DNA from: Azolla caroliniana
Taxonomy: Eukaryota; Plantae; Polypodiophyta
Length of the DNA: 64,000 nucleotides
Assembly (NCBI GenBank): GCA_043228905.1
Contig: JBHGNT010000010.1
Location: forward strand, 21,886,001-21,950,000
Direction: 5' to 3'
The position numbers and the translations under genes were made by a program. Below the pieces are notes generated by a model. It did no database searches, was not told the origin of the DNA, and was given only the letters and a program-made list of their open reading frames with translations. Of the stretch, positions 12,384 to 24,560 are shown in pieces (the stretch's first letter is position 1; each line of letters starts with the position of its first letter).

Positions 12384-14015
12384 CTTTAGCGAGGGTAAAA
12401 ATAATAATATGGAATGCTAACAGTGTTTTTTCTTAATGACAGACTCTGATATATTGAATAAAACACCTACAAGGTTGATCTTATCATATGCGCGGTAAAA
12501 ATTATAGAACTAACATGCATATATAGTATGAGTTAAAATGACCAAGCTTCATACTAAAGAATGGCCTATATGATGGGGGGGAGAAGAAAAAACACAAATG
12601 AAATATTATTATGTTATTAATAATTATCACAAACGAATATTAATTAAAAAAGAGAGTATTGCCACCGCCAAAACTAGTAAGCAATTTATCACCACCATCG
12701 TCATGTTGGTAGCTTTGTGTGTAGGTAAATTTATCTAGTGACTCCTTGCCTTCTTTCTATTTTTAGCTCCGTATGAGAGAACCTTGTGATACATAACAAC
12801 CTTACTATCACTTTAGGGCCCCATTACTTAGTCTCAAATGCCCTCTCGAAAGGTGAGAAAGTAGGAAATGTGTTTATACAAGGAGAATAACACACTCACG
12901 CACACTTGAGAGACATGACCAACTCTTATTGATAACTCATCTCCATTGAAGTGTTGAATGGTGCACATTTCCATTCCATGTTGGATGTTGATTGTTTTCA
13001 TGAAGTGGTCGTGCAAATTCCTATGTTCATTTGGTAGATTGTGTTTATTAATATTATGCTCATTTCGAAGAGGAGATAGAAAAAGATGTATTCAACTCTC
13101 AAGATATGTACATTGATCGAGCCGTAGTTGAGAATGGAGAAGCATTTGCTAACTATTCAAAATTGCGAGGTTGATATATACATATAATACTAACAAACTC
13201 TTATCCCTAACTCCTCATGCCCAACACATTATCATGCTAGAAAACATGAAAAAAAGGACACAAGTTGGCCTTGTTGAAACCTAAGTAGCCCCATCCCTCC
13301 TCGCTCAAACATTAGCAAATTTAACATGTCAATAAATTACAATTCTATTTCCATGTGTTTTGGAAAAACAAATCTTGAACTATTGAACAATCTACAAATT
13401 TCTGTCAATCCGATTCATTGTTTTCTGCTAGAAAATATCACAAACTTATAGTATAAATGGTGCATATATTTGAGTGTTCAAATACACACAACAATGCAGT
13501 ACATATATTTTGTACTGCTTAAAGACGTTGACAATAAATAGCAATAAAGGATAGTAAATGCGAATATGAGGCAAGTGGGGGAGGTACAAAAGGAGAACAC
13601 CTGAATTAGGGCGACATCGGGATGGAAGTCTATATAGTATTATAAGTGTGAAAAGCGAGCTTGATGATGGACGATGATTGGGCTGGAGACATAATGAGCA
13701 GGGCGAGAATGGGTTGTGTGGAGAAAGGAAGGAGGGGATGGATGGATGGATGGATTGGGCAGAACAAAACAAACAAACAGAGGGCCAAGGGGTGTGGTGT
13801 CTTGTGGGGCGAGACATTAATAAGAAGACCAAAACCCCAAGTACATACTACATACATACCATATCATACATACTGATACATATACATATGTATACAGTAT
13901 ATGTATAATGTATGTGGCGAGATTAATGGCTAAAGACCAGTCCACAAAATCCTAATGAAAAAAAAGGCGTTTGTTTTCTTCATATTTTACTTACACCACA
14001 TGCCTCACGTTTTCG

Positions 14016-14107
14016 AAGAAGAAGAAGAAGTGGTAGTAAAGTGAAGAACACTAAGACGACGACGACGACGAAGAAGAAGAAGAAGAAGAAGAAGAAGAAG
14101 AAGACGA
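14016..14107 (+). repeat. (GAA)n/(GAC)n microsatellite in the probable 5' UTR of the cytochrome b5 reductase gene
   Basis: Trinucleotide runs lie directly upstream of ATG 14118. Confidence 0.85.
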
Positions 14108-14117
14108 CCAGTACGCC

Positions 14118-17100
14118 ATGGCGGGCTCCCTGCTCGATTTGCTCTCTCAGGATCCTGCCACCACGGCCGGCATTGCTGTCGCTGTGATCGCTGTTCTCGC
14201 CGGCGCGAGTTATGTCTTCCTTTCCTCGCAGAAACAGAAGCCGAAAGGTACCGAAATTTCTCCTTTTCTTTCTCTTCTTGAAATCAGAGACAAAGAAAGA
14301 AACGAAAGCTTTCTGATGAAGTTTTTCTTTCCTTCTTCTTCTTCTCGCTTCTATCGTTTTTGGGAAGTTTATTGCGAGTTTGCTTTCTTGTTATTTGCCT
14401 TTAGATTCTCCTAAGATGAGCGTTTGTTCTCCCTGAACACTCTTTGACTTTTTTTAGAAGTTCCACATCGCTAGCCTCGTTTAAGTATTCTGCGAATTCT
14501 CATGTTTTGGATCCGTTAAGACTTTGCAGACGTTCTCCTTCGAATATTCTCTGAAGTTTCTTGGATTCGTTCTAAGATGTATTTTTGTCCTCTCTGAACG
14601 TTGTCCGACTTTTGATTAATGCACATATTTGAAGTGGAGAGGCTTGTTCTCATCGAGCACTCTCTGAAGCTGTTTTTAACTCTTATTTCCTCATCTGTTG
14701 GATTCGTATAAAATGAGGTGCTGAAGTTTGTGTAGCGTTTCTCTCGGATTCCTTTAAGATGTACTATATTTTTCCGATTGAACGAAGAATCCTTTCAAGG
14801 CTTGTTTCCATGTCTCTTGGATTCATATACACGGAATTGCCAAATTTTGTTTTGGGCTTATTCCCTCATCTCTTTGAACATTCCATTGCAGCATGCTTGA
14901 ATGAGGCATGGACAAGCTTCAAAGTTGTGAAGCGAGACCAAGTCAGTCACAATGTTGTCAAGTTTCGAATTGCATTGCCAACCCCTACCTCAGTGCTTGG
15001 ATTGCCCATTGGTCAACATGTTATCTGCCGGTAAAGATTCTAAAACTTATGTCTTTCTTTCTTTTTGTACTCAGAGTACACAGTCTAATACACTTGCCAG
15101 AGTGGATATTAGCCTTCACAGCAAATGTGCATTGGTTAGACATGGATTCATAGTTTATTGGAAATTTGGTTTAGTATGGATTCATTTCTCTTTAGATTCT
15201 ACCGTAATAACCTCACCAAAAGCTGGATCTTTGCCTTTACAATGAGAAATCCATTGGTGCATTATAGCTGCGTCGTTATTTTGGTGCAAAATGATCATTT
15301 ATTCACTGTTTACTTGTTCTTTGATGCTATGAATGTAGGGGCAAAGATAAGGACGGTGAGGAGGTGATCAAACCATACACTCCCACCACTCTGGACTCAG
15401 ATGTTGGTTACTTCGAATTAGTCATCAAAGTAAGCTCCCACCACCAACTTCTTTGATAAAATGATCATATAATAATTTAACACCAAACATGATTTAGTGT
15501 CAGGACATATAAGCTCAAACCTTTTTTTGCCCAACTTTTAAAATGGCTTTTCTTATTGCAGACATATCCAACCGGCAGGATGTCACATCATTTTAGTCAA
15601 CTTAAAGTTGGAGAATCATTAGAAGTACGGGGTCCCAAGGTAGGCTGGCCTGGAACCTCTTTGAATACATAACGTGCACCACTCAAGTCACACACAAAAC
15701 TCCATATCATGCAGTGTGAATTCCTGTGACTTGTTATTTCATTTGACGATAATCTATTGTATTCTTAGGGTCGCTTCACCTACGCCCCAGGCCAAGTGAG
15801 GGCTTTTGGTATGCTTGCTGGGGGCACTGGCATCACTCCTATGTTCCAGGTAGATGTTGAACGCGGTTGAGGTGCATATAGTGGCCAACGTATTTTGACA
15901 TGTTTTTCAAGAAATATATTGCTTTTTATGAAGGTTGCCAGAGCTATTCTTGAGAATCCAAAAGACAAGACACAGATCACCCTCCTTTATGCTAATGTTG
16001 CACTTGAAGATATCCTATTGAAGGTATCTAAATGGTTTTACATTGTCTAAATGGCATCTGCTTATTTGAATTTATCCAAATGCAATGCACCAGGATTCTA
16101 TTCGGAAGCCTCCTAAAGGATACATGTTCAAATGATTTTATAGGAAGAACTTGACGAGTTTCAGGAGAAGTACCAGGGTCAATTTAAAGTAGTCTATGTT
16201 CTGGAAAAGGTGTGCTTTAATATCTCAAATTTCTCATGATTAATGTGCTTGGCTCAAAGTGAGTCTCTAAATCAATGGTATGTTGGTTAATAACAGCCCC
16301 CAGAGGGCTGGACTGGAGGTGTTGGATATATTTCTAAGGATTTGATCAAGCAGCACTGTCCTCCTCCTGCATCTGACATTCAGGTGATTGGATAATGTTT
16401 AGAATTATGTAGACTTAGTGTAATTTATGACTAGACTTTTTAGTTGTGAATTATGTAGACTTTGAGTAATTTCGGACTAGACTTTTTAGTTCTGTTAGTG
16501 TGTGTGCTAAATGTGTTTAGATCGTGTAGTGTGTATGTGATAAATATTATTTAAACCAAAACTAGAGGAAATTAACTTGAGTTTTGCAGAAGTTCATAGC
16601 TTCATTATTGAAAATTTGCCCCTTTATGATTTAAGTCTTAAGCTAAATTGCAATAGAAATGACATTTGAAAATCGATAATCCAACGTAATATCCTTATTT
16701 ATGTTGAAAGGAAGCTTTCATGATGATGTTTTCTGTTAATATATAAGAGATTCACACCTTTACTACTAGCCCAATCCTAAAGATGCATTTTGCAATACCA
16801 AGTAGGACGATTTGGCTGATTCAGTTGAAGAAATATGGCCTTTTAGTCTTTTAAAGCTTCATGACTTTGTATCTAGTTTAGTGGCTTGTCAATGAATAGG
16901 TGAAGCTTTCTTGGCAAAGCTTATCTAACGATCCAGGCTTCTCCTATGTTTGTAATTCTTTTGTCAAGAAACCCACAAATATATTTGGAAAAAGGTGGAC
17001 ATTTTTAGGCTAAGTAAGATGCTGAGAAGATTCAAAAAATTTCTTAACTGTCTATGTTATGGGGTTGTATTGTTATTTTGGCACCTTTAATGTCTTGAGT

Positions 17101-17961
17101 TTAGCTTTTCAATTAGTGACAATAAAATGTGATAGGGTTGAAGATTTTGCCCTTCAGTTTGTGAGGTTGTTAGGTGGAGACCAGAAGGTTCAAGAGGTGA
17201 GTATTTTTAGGTTAAGTAAGGTGCTGACAATATTCAAAAAGTGTTTATAATTTGAAGTCCATGTTATGTGATTATGTCATTGATTTGGGCACTGCTAAAT
17301 TTATTTGTTCTAGCTCTTCAAATAGTGACACTATAATTTGATAAGGCCTAAATGTTTGGGGGTGTGAGAGCAAACATGCTTGGTTCAGTTTGTAAGGTTG
17401 CCTGTCAGACACTAGAAGGTAATGCAATGACATTTGTATCCAACTGTATGGGTTATTAAGTCACATCTTACGTCCAGGATACAACTGTGTGAGAGAGGAG
17501 CAAGATGATGATGATAAATTAAGGTCCATGGGCAGCTCATATGACTCTGTCCAGCAAATCATCCAAAACACTCTTATCCACATGTTTTTAGTGTCATCAG
17601 TGTTGGTTGTCCTCGTTTGGTTTTCAGTTATTAAGCTTGTTTGATGGAGATCAGAATGTCACGAGTTCAATCCCACCTCGTATTGTTGTGTCATAAAATA
17701 AAGTAGAGCAGCTAATAAGTTTTGAACCTGGTTGCCTGGATTGGTCAAAACATGGGTTACCACTGGGATACTAATACCATATGAAAGAGAGTCCTACACC
17801 TCATAGATGATGAGGGCCAAATTAAGGTAACTAGAAAACCTAACAAATTGTTATTGGTTTTTTTTCAGATACTGAGGTGTGGACCGCCTGGCATGAACAA
17901 AGCTATGGAAGCTAATCTTGATGGTCTTGATTACAGCAAGGACATGCAGTTCCAATTTTGA
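14118..17961 (+). CDS. CBR1: NADH-cytochrome b5 reductase 1-like, 9 exons, 284 aa
   Basis: Exons 14118-14247, 14892-15030, 15339-15429, 15562-15639, 15769-15849, 15934-16023, 16144-16209, 16297-16383, 17869-17961 (855 nt, GT-AG, in phase). N-terminal membrane anchor. Motifs: [58 protein letters not shown]-terminal QFQF. Confidence 0.96.
17618..17772. mobile_element. Diverged element with two convergent tRNA-like heads (CBR intron 8 copy)
   Basis: The + head TCAGTT...GAGTTCAATCCC matches the head at 42959 at 36/51 positions without gaps. The - head has TATCCCAGTGGTAA (A-box-like) and GGTTCAAAAC (B-box-like). Confidence 0.5.
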
Positions 17962-18240
17962 AAAGACAGATGAATTATTGTTGGAAATTTATTTCTATCC
18001 AAGAAGAGGAATGATTGGTAATAATTTTGGACATTAATGAGTGTCGGGATCAGCTTCTCCTGTGTGATTGTTTTTAATGGACTTTGATACCGCTAACCTT
18101 TATTGTAATAATTGCATAAAGGATCTTCGATCCACTGTTATAATTTGTCCTTGCCTAACAAGCAAAGAAAAGAATTGGATTTTATATAAACTTTGAAGGA
18201 TTCTTATAATCTATGAAGCAAAGGAAGTTTGAAGTTATGA

Positions 18241-18400
18241 TTAGATGTTATATTTATAAAGTATATAAGGATTTTTATGTATCAACGTTAATGTAGAAAG
18301 GCCTGAGCATGTATCAATGTTAGATGTTATATTTATAAAGTATATAAGGATTTTTATGTATCAACGTTAATGTAGAAAGGCCTTAGCATGTATCAATGTT
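18241..18400. repeat. Near-perfect 79-bp tandem duplication downstream of the CBR stop
   Basis: TTAGATGTTATATTTATAAAG...GCATGTATCAATG occurs twice with one G/T difference. Confidence 0.92.
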
Positions 18401-20137
18401 TTTTCTATATGCCAAATGCCCTTCGGCTTGCGTTTATTAGACGTCTGATTTAAATTGAGTTCTGAATATGATATGGCTTATCAGATGCGTCTAAATGTGG
18501 GGCAACTGCAAACTGGCTAAGTAATGGTGTTACAAGTACATTGTTGGAGGTAGAATGTATGCTATAGTGGCAGTGCTTGAACTACAACTCGTCATAAAGA
18601 CTCAATAGGATTGATTCACTTCACACAAGCCTTAAACTATGTGGAGACCATTCAAGTGCGTCACTCTTTATTTTACATGTACAAAAGTATGCATATGGTG
18701 ATGGAGGCTTGAGGAGAATATGCACATTCCAAATGCTCCTTTTCTAAAGCAATCAACATCACATGTAGTGATTGTTAGTGTTGCTTAGATTTAAACACTT
18801 ACTAAATTCCTCTTTTCTAATGTGATACTAATTCAATTTCGATATAACAATGTATGCTCATAGTCTATATTTAGTCTCCTCTTCCATTCTTTATAGAATG
18901 ATGAATAGAAGTTTAAGAGTTTAGTAGAGCAATTGACATAAGGTGATGTTACGCTTGCATATTTACAAACATGTATAAAGGAAACATATTTCTTATCATA
19001 AAAGATATTAGTTAAAGAAATTAGAGTTAAACCTGAAAAAAGACATGTTTGCCAAGAAAGGGTCAATAAATGGTAATAATGCAAATAAGGGACATGTTTG
19101 TAAACATATTTGAGCTCAAACATCTTTGTGTATGACATTTGTACATGAACAAATGAGTTCAAACGAAAGGGAATTGCTAATACAAAATGTTAGAAATAAA
19201 TGGCCTATGTTAAGCTAGAATCATGCTCATTTATTAGCAACAAGGAATTGGGTGTATTGTAACACAAAGATGTGGAAATTTTGTTGGAATTCTGGTCTCA
19301 CATAATGCAACTGCCTTTCACCAACTCATGCAAGAGTGACTCTTCTACTTTCTTTTCTCCCAGCTCGTTCCTTGTTTCTTCTTCATTTCTCTCTGGTAAC
19401 TCCATAAAAGAAAACCTCTTCCTCGAAATCCATGATAGAAACAAATGTTTCATTGATCTATAGTTGGACTTAAACCCCTACCATGGGTTTGAACACACAC
19501 AGACACACACACAAGGCTCTAGTAGTTTGAAGAGTTTGGTCGATACGTTCCAATCCAATCCTGTGTGTCATCATGCGCTCGCTCACTAGATGGAAGGCTA
19601 GATAGTTGAAAGACTTTGTTTGTGGGTATTTTCCAATGGAATGGTGTCAGAATCTCAAGGGACATAACTTTTCAGACCATTCGGAAGGGACAGATGGGTG
19701 TGAATCTGTTTATCCTCCTACACATCTAGCATGAATATTCACTTCTAGCTTTCCGTTCGAAGTAAAAACCCCTGGTTTCCATCAAACATTGGAAGTTGGA
19801 ACCCTACTTCTGTTTCTCTCATTCGCCTCTGTTTCAGCATACCCAACTATAACAACCGAAGTTACGATTTCTCATTCTGGCGTCAATGTAATCTGCTCCT
19901 GGTAAGAAAGTTCATCGATTTCTTCATTATATGTTTGATCAATGCATGCAGAGGTTTCTGAGCAACAAGATTATGTTTTAGGGAGTGCTACGTTATGGAT
20001 TGGATTAGCTTTGAAGTTTTTTAATCTCTTAAAGATTCTGGCTTCGCATTTAAAAGCTGTACATTTATCTTGGAGAAGTTATCAAGCTAGAGTGTAGAGC
20101 TTTCCTCATCAATTTTGTATTCGCAGGTAAATTGGGT

Positions 20138-20239
<102 letters not shown>

Positions 20240-21458
20240 GTGTATATACATATTGCATATGTGTACATGCGTGTACATATGCTGCAAGGGTAAACCGAAT
20301 ATATGTATTTGCATTTGAGTGTGTGTTTATATTTGTTTACAAAAATGTGAAGTATATGTAGATGGAAAAATGAATACAGAGATTGAGAAAAATGTGTCGA
20401 ATCTCTGTCTGTCTGTCTGTCTCTCGCCCTAGAGCTCATGACATTAGTGAAGCTCTCATGATTGTAGATAAAGAGTCATTGATGAGGAGGAAAGTTCTTT
20501 TTTTTCTTCCAATTTGCAACTAATACACGTTAGTTGAGAGAATTAAAGTGAGGATTCTACACATCCTATTTGGCCAGTGAATTGGTTCCAATTCTAGGAT
20601 CCTAGGCATATTTATTAAATAATATCAATAACTAAATGCAAGTGATTCCTTTTTCGTTGAAGAATTCATTGTAATGATCCAAGTAATGCGGCCATCATCA
20701 GGTAATAATTAGCAATATAAAAACTGATGCATCCTTCTAATGCTCTTACACTAGATTTCCTTGGCAAGCTCATGAACAGTCTCCTTTTTCTTTTAATATG
20801 GTGTCAATCACATCTTACATCAGTGGGAAGGGAGAATGAAGACCCACTTACCCATTCGAAACAGTGATTTATTAAGTTTGACTCGTCAAGGTTTTATTCG
20901 AATGTTTATCAATGTGGAAACATTTTTTTTCCCATCTTTATAAGTTGTATCATTCAAGTTTTTGTATGGATATGTTCATCTTCTTCATTTAGGATAGATA
21001 AGTGCATTTTTATTGCGTTCAATTTCAAGACAAGTAGAATCTGCTTATAATATGAAAGGGATCCTCTTATTTTGTCCAATGCCTTTTAGAAGGTATCTGG
21101 TGCATGCTCCCCCTTGCTGCAATCCATGTAAGAAATATTTAAAGCAATCTCCGTTTTAAAATTGGAAATTGAACATTTGTTCAGGAATATATTGGATTTT
21201 CTCCATATTGATGTACATTTGTATCCTGAATCTACTAAGCTTTAGAAAGAGTTAATTTCCCTCCCGTGTTCTTGGTCTCTTTGGTCATCATCTGACATCT
21301 TCCACTATGCAAATGGATACTCATATAGATAAAATTATGTTGCCAAATCATAGTTAAGATTGGAGACTATGGCTTACAAGAATTATAGACTCCTGAGCAC
21401 GAGTGATCCACACATTTTTTATTGTGACATGGACAGTTTAATTGTAAGAACAATCAGT

Positions 21459-23496
21459 ATGGATACGTGTACCATAGAGGAAAGTCAGACAAAATCGAAC
21501 CTTGATGAGGCAACAGATCTGTTCAATGTGTTCATTCTCAGGTAAATCTTAGGTTATCCTTCATTCTCAGAGCTGTTCAATGTGGATACTTTGTCTTTGG
21601 GGCATATGTAAAACATATAACCTTAATAGAAAACTGTGTTGCGTGTCCTCCAGAATTTCGCAGATAAATGAGAAGCATAGGTTGGCTTCAAAATCCTTTA
21701 TGGGTTTTCAGCAGGAACTAGGTTAGTTTACTCTATTTTAAATTGAGTAATCTTATAAGTTTCTAAATAATTATGGATTACAACACATTATTCTATTTAA
21801 GCTGAATAGTTTGACAAGATATCAACTTATTTGGGTCTTGTTTACCGTGCATCTGAAAGATTTTTTTTCATTAAGAAGGTACTAGTTGTCAGGAATCTTC
21901 CTACTACCTATATCTAATGCACAAACCAAATCAGAACTGTTATATTAAACTTTCTCATTAACCCTAAAATCTTCTAGGACACTCAGAAACCATTATCTGT
22001 ACATTATCTGTCAAGATATTTCTTTTTAAGAATTACCTCAAATTTCTGTACAGTAATTTTTTCTCAAATTACAAGGATTTTAAACCATGTTGATGTTGCT
22101 GTGAAGATGAGGCTGCATTTCTGGTTTTCAAAATCTGTGTTACACTTTCTTATTCATAATTTATATGCAGCTGTTACACAAAATCTGACACAAATGTTGG
22201 TTTTTTGGATATTCAGAGGAACTCCGGCAACCGCCTTTACAGGAATCTTCAAAGTTGACTGTCTCTCTACTTAAAAGCCATCCAACTGCAAGGACTAAAA
22301 AATATCAAGAAGCTGGTTATCGTCATGTGCATTCAGATAAAAAGATCATTTCGAAATGTAGGTCATTCTTTGGATAGATTGACAAAATTAGGTCTCGTTG
22401 ATTCAGAACATTAATATTTTCTTATTGGCTTTCCATCAAACATCTGGAAAAACAGTGAATGGGTTTATCAAAGGGCTCAATGAACATATTGTAGAAGGTA
22501 ATTATTCATCTGTTTGATGTCCTGTGCTGCATTACTCAGTTTTATACAACAATCTAATGTACACATGTTTTTTGAATACCAGCACGGATTTTTATCAACC
22601 AGCTTGAGGAGTTGGTTGTGAAAGTTATTGCCTTGGTTGATAATGATTTACACATCAGATTTGATAAAAGCTTGATTATTACATCAATTTGTCAGAATAA
22701 GAATGTCGAGGATCAGGTAAAACATTTATTTATTGTGATGTTAAGATTTTAGTGTGAGATGTTTATTGACATAAAAATGGTAAATCCATATGTTTATACA
22801 TACAATGCACTGCATTAATGTATGTCTTCTTCGTCAAAGGTTCCTCCTGATTGTAAGCTGGAAATAATGTGGTTGCGCTTGGCAGGTTTTTACTTCACAT
22901 TGAGGTTTCAGTGTAGTATTATGTATTACTAAAGAAAGCATGTTAAATAGACATGAGGTAAGAAGCATATGCGCAATTGTCTTTCTCTATATGGATACAT
23001 CAGTATGGCAACCGGTGTATGTGTATATATCTAGTCTAAATATGTGTTTATGTGTCCTTATAACATAGAATTCAAGTACTTCAAATGAAAAAAATTTACT
23101 TTATTATGTTGAGTGGGTTTTGCCATCTTTTACTTCAGGATTCCTGTTCTGAAGAATCTATACTGGCAACCTGGGAGACCTCAGATTATGCGATAATAAT
23201 GTCAACAATGTTGGAAATGTATGAAAAAGATCTTCAAATGCAGGTGATGACTTTAACTTCGTAAATTTTTTGTTTCCTTGCAGATAGGTCTCATTCACGT
23301 GTAAAGATGGGAAACGAAACTTGAGCAAATAATTTAAAGGTTTTTCTATTTTTAGGAGCTCATAATTTCAGATTCGAGGCTGGATGTTGATTCAGAATGC
23401 CTGCAAACTTACTCTCAAATGTGGTCACTCCGTCCCTTCATCGATGATAGAGTGATGCATCAAGTGTTGAAGTGGGCTCATAAAAGTGTTCCCTAG
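21459..23496 (+). CDS. Conserved plant protein of unknown function, ~237 aa, 7 coding exons (start codon uncertain: 21369, 21429 or 21459)
   Basis: Exons 21459-21541, 21654-21721, 22217-22357, 22456-22497, 22583-22716, 23139-23243, 23356-23496 join in phase with GT-AG. The protein reads ...LFNVFILRISQINEK..FQQELEELRQPPLQESSKL..KYQEAG..GLNEHIVEARIFINQLEEL..SDYAIIMSTMLEMYEKDLQMQELII..YSQMWSLRPFIDDRVMHQVLKW. From memory this resembles a small uncharacterised angiosperm family ending in MWSLRPF. A possible 5' UTR exon lies at 19838-19901. Confidence 0.82.
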
Positions 23497-23874
23497 AAAT
23501 CGATCACTGTTGAGGACTGGATATGTTGGTATTAAATCAATTTTGCATCACAATGTATTTAAGCAAAAGTAATTTGTGAGGACTAGTGTTAAACTAATAG
23601 AAAATATGATTGTTGCCTAAAACAGCCCCGTATGGGTTATCAGTATTGTCCCCATCCTATTGTTGTGGGTTCAACTTGAATCCATGAAATTCTTGTGGGC
23701 CACACGTGTATACTGCATTTATGGACCACACATGTATGCTGCTTGGGACCACACATACTACATTTATGGAACAGCTATTGTGATGTATAATTTTTTAATT
23801 CTTTTATGTTACCAGTAGTTAATCTTTGCCGGATTCTTGTATGCTTGTAAAAACACATGAATGAAAGCATTTAA

Positions 23875-24560
23875 TTACTGAAGCTTGCAAAAGATATTTC
23901 TCATAGGTGAGACAAAAGGTCGATGGAGATTTGGAATGTTGTTGAGCCAGACGTTTAGGTCTGTGTATGGTACGGGTGTAAGCTTCATTGCTAAGCATAT
24001 TGCTGTTTTGCAATTTTCACCTATGTTGGCTATTGTAAAAACATCATCAAAAAGCACAGGAGCGATGATCAATTTTTGCATTACGATAGGGGGAATCATA
24101 TCCTTGGATTCCCCATTCAAATGTCACATGGTTTCTCCAAAGAAAGATAAAATACTCACAATATGTCCTAGCATTCAGGTGGGGCTACTTTCTGCTTATC
24201 GAACTAATTCTATCTGGGGATGATACCAATTGGTTTGAGAGGTGGTAGCGTTCGTGATGTATTCCTAGCATTCAGGTGGGGCTACTTTATGCTTATCGAA
24301 CTAATTCTAGCTGGGGTTGATACCAATTGGTTTGAGTGGTGGTAGAGATCGTGATGTATTCCTTTGGATTGTGTAGGAATATGCGAAACCAATATCAATT
24401 GGAAGATAACAAGGATGATGATTAGAAAACTGTCAAATTTTGGACAAGATTCGTTGATGGCCGTCTTTGCAAATGTGTACAAATTCACTTCCTTGAAGTG
24501 GTCTAAGCCCTGTTGTATCCCATTCTACCACGGATATTGGAGATGATGAGATGAAGGCCA
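23875..24560 (-). pseudogene. Possible decayed coding segment of unknown type, with an internal 97-bp tandem duplication (24166-24363)
   Basis: A protein-like reading PISVVEWDTTGLRPLQGSEF...NWYHPQIELVR*...MIPPIVMQKLIIAPVLFDDVF...FCKLQ* is broken by stops and frameshifts. The duplication itself is clear. Confidence 0.35.

Noticed and set aside
12184-12420. Acidic ORF on the + strand
   Set aside because: It is the antisense reading of the poly-Ser tract of the 578-aa gene.
22358-22455. Possible AT-AC (U12) or very short intron in the unknown gene
   Set aside because: A standard GT (22358) to AG (22455) intron keeps the frame, and no U12 donor consensus is present.
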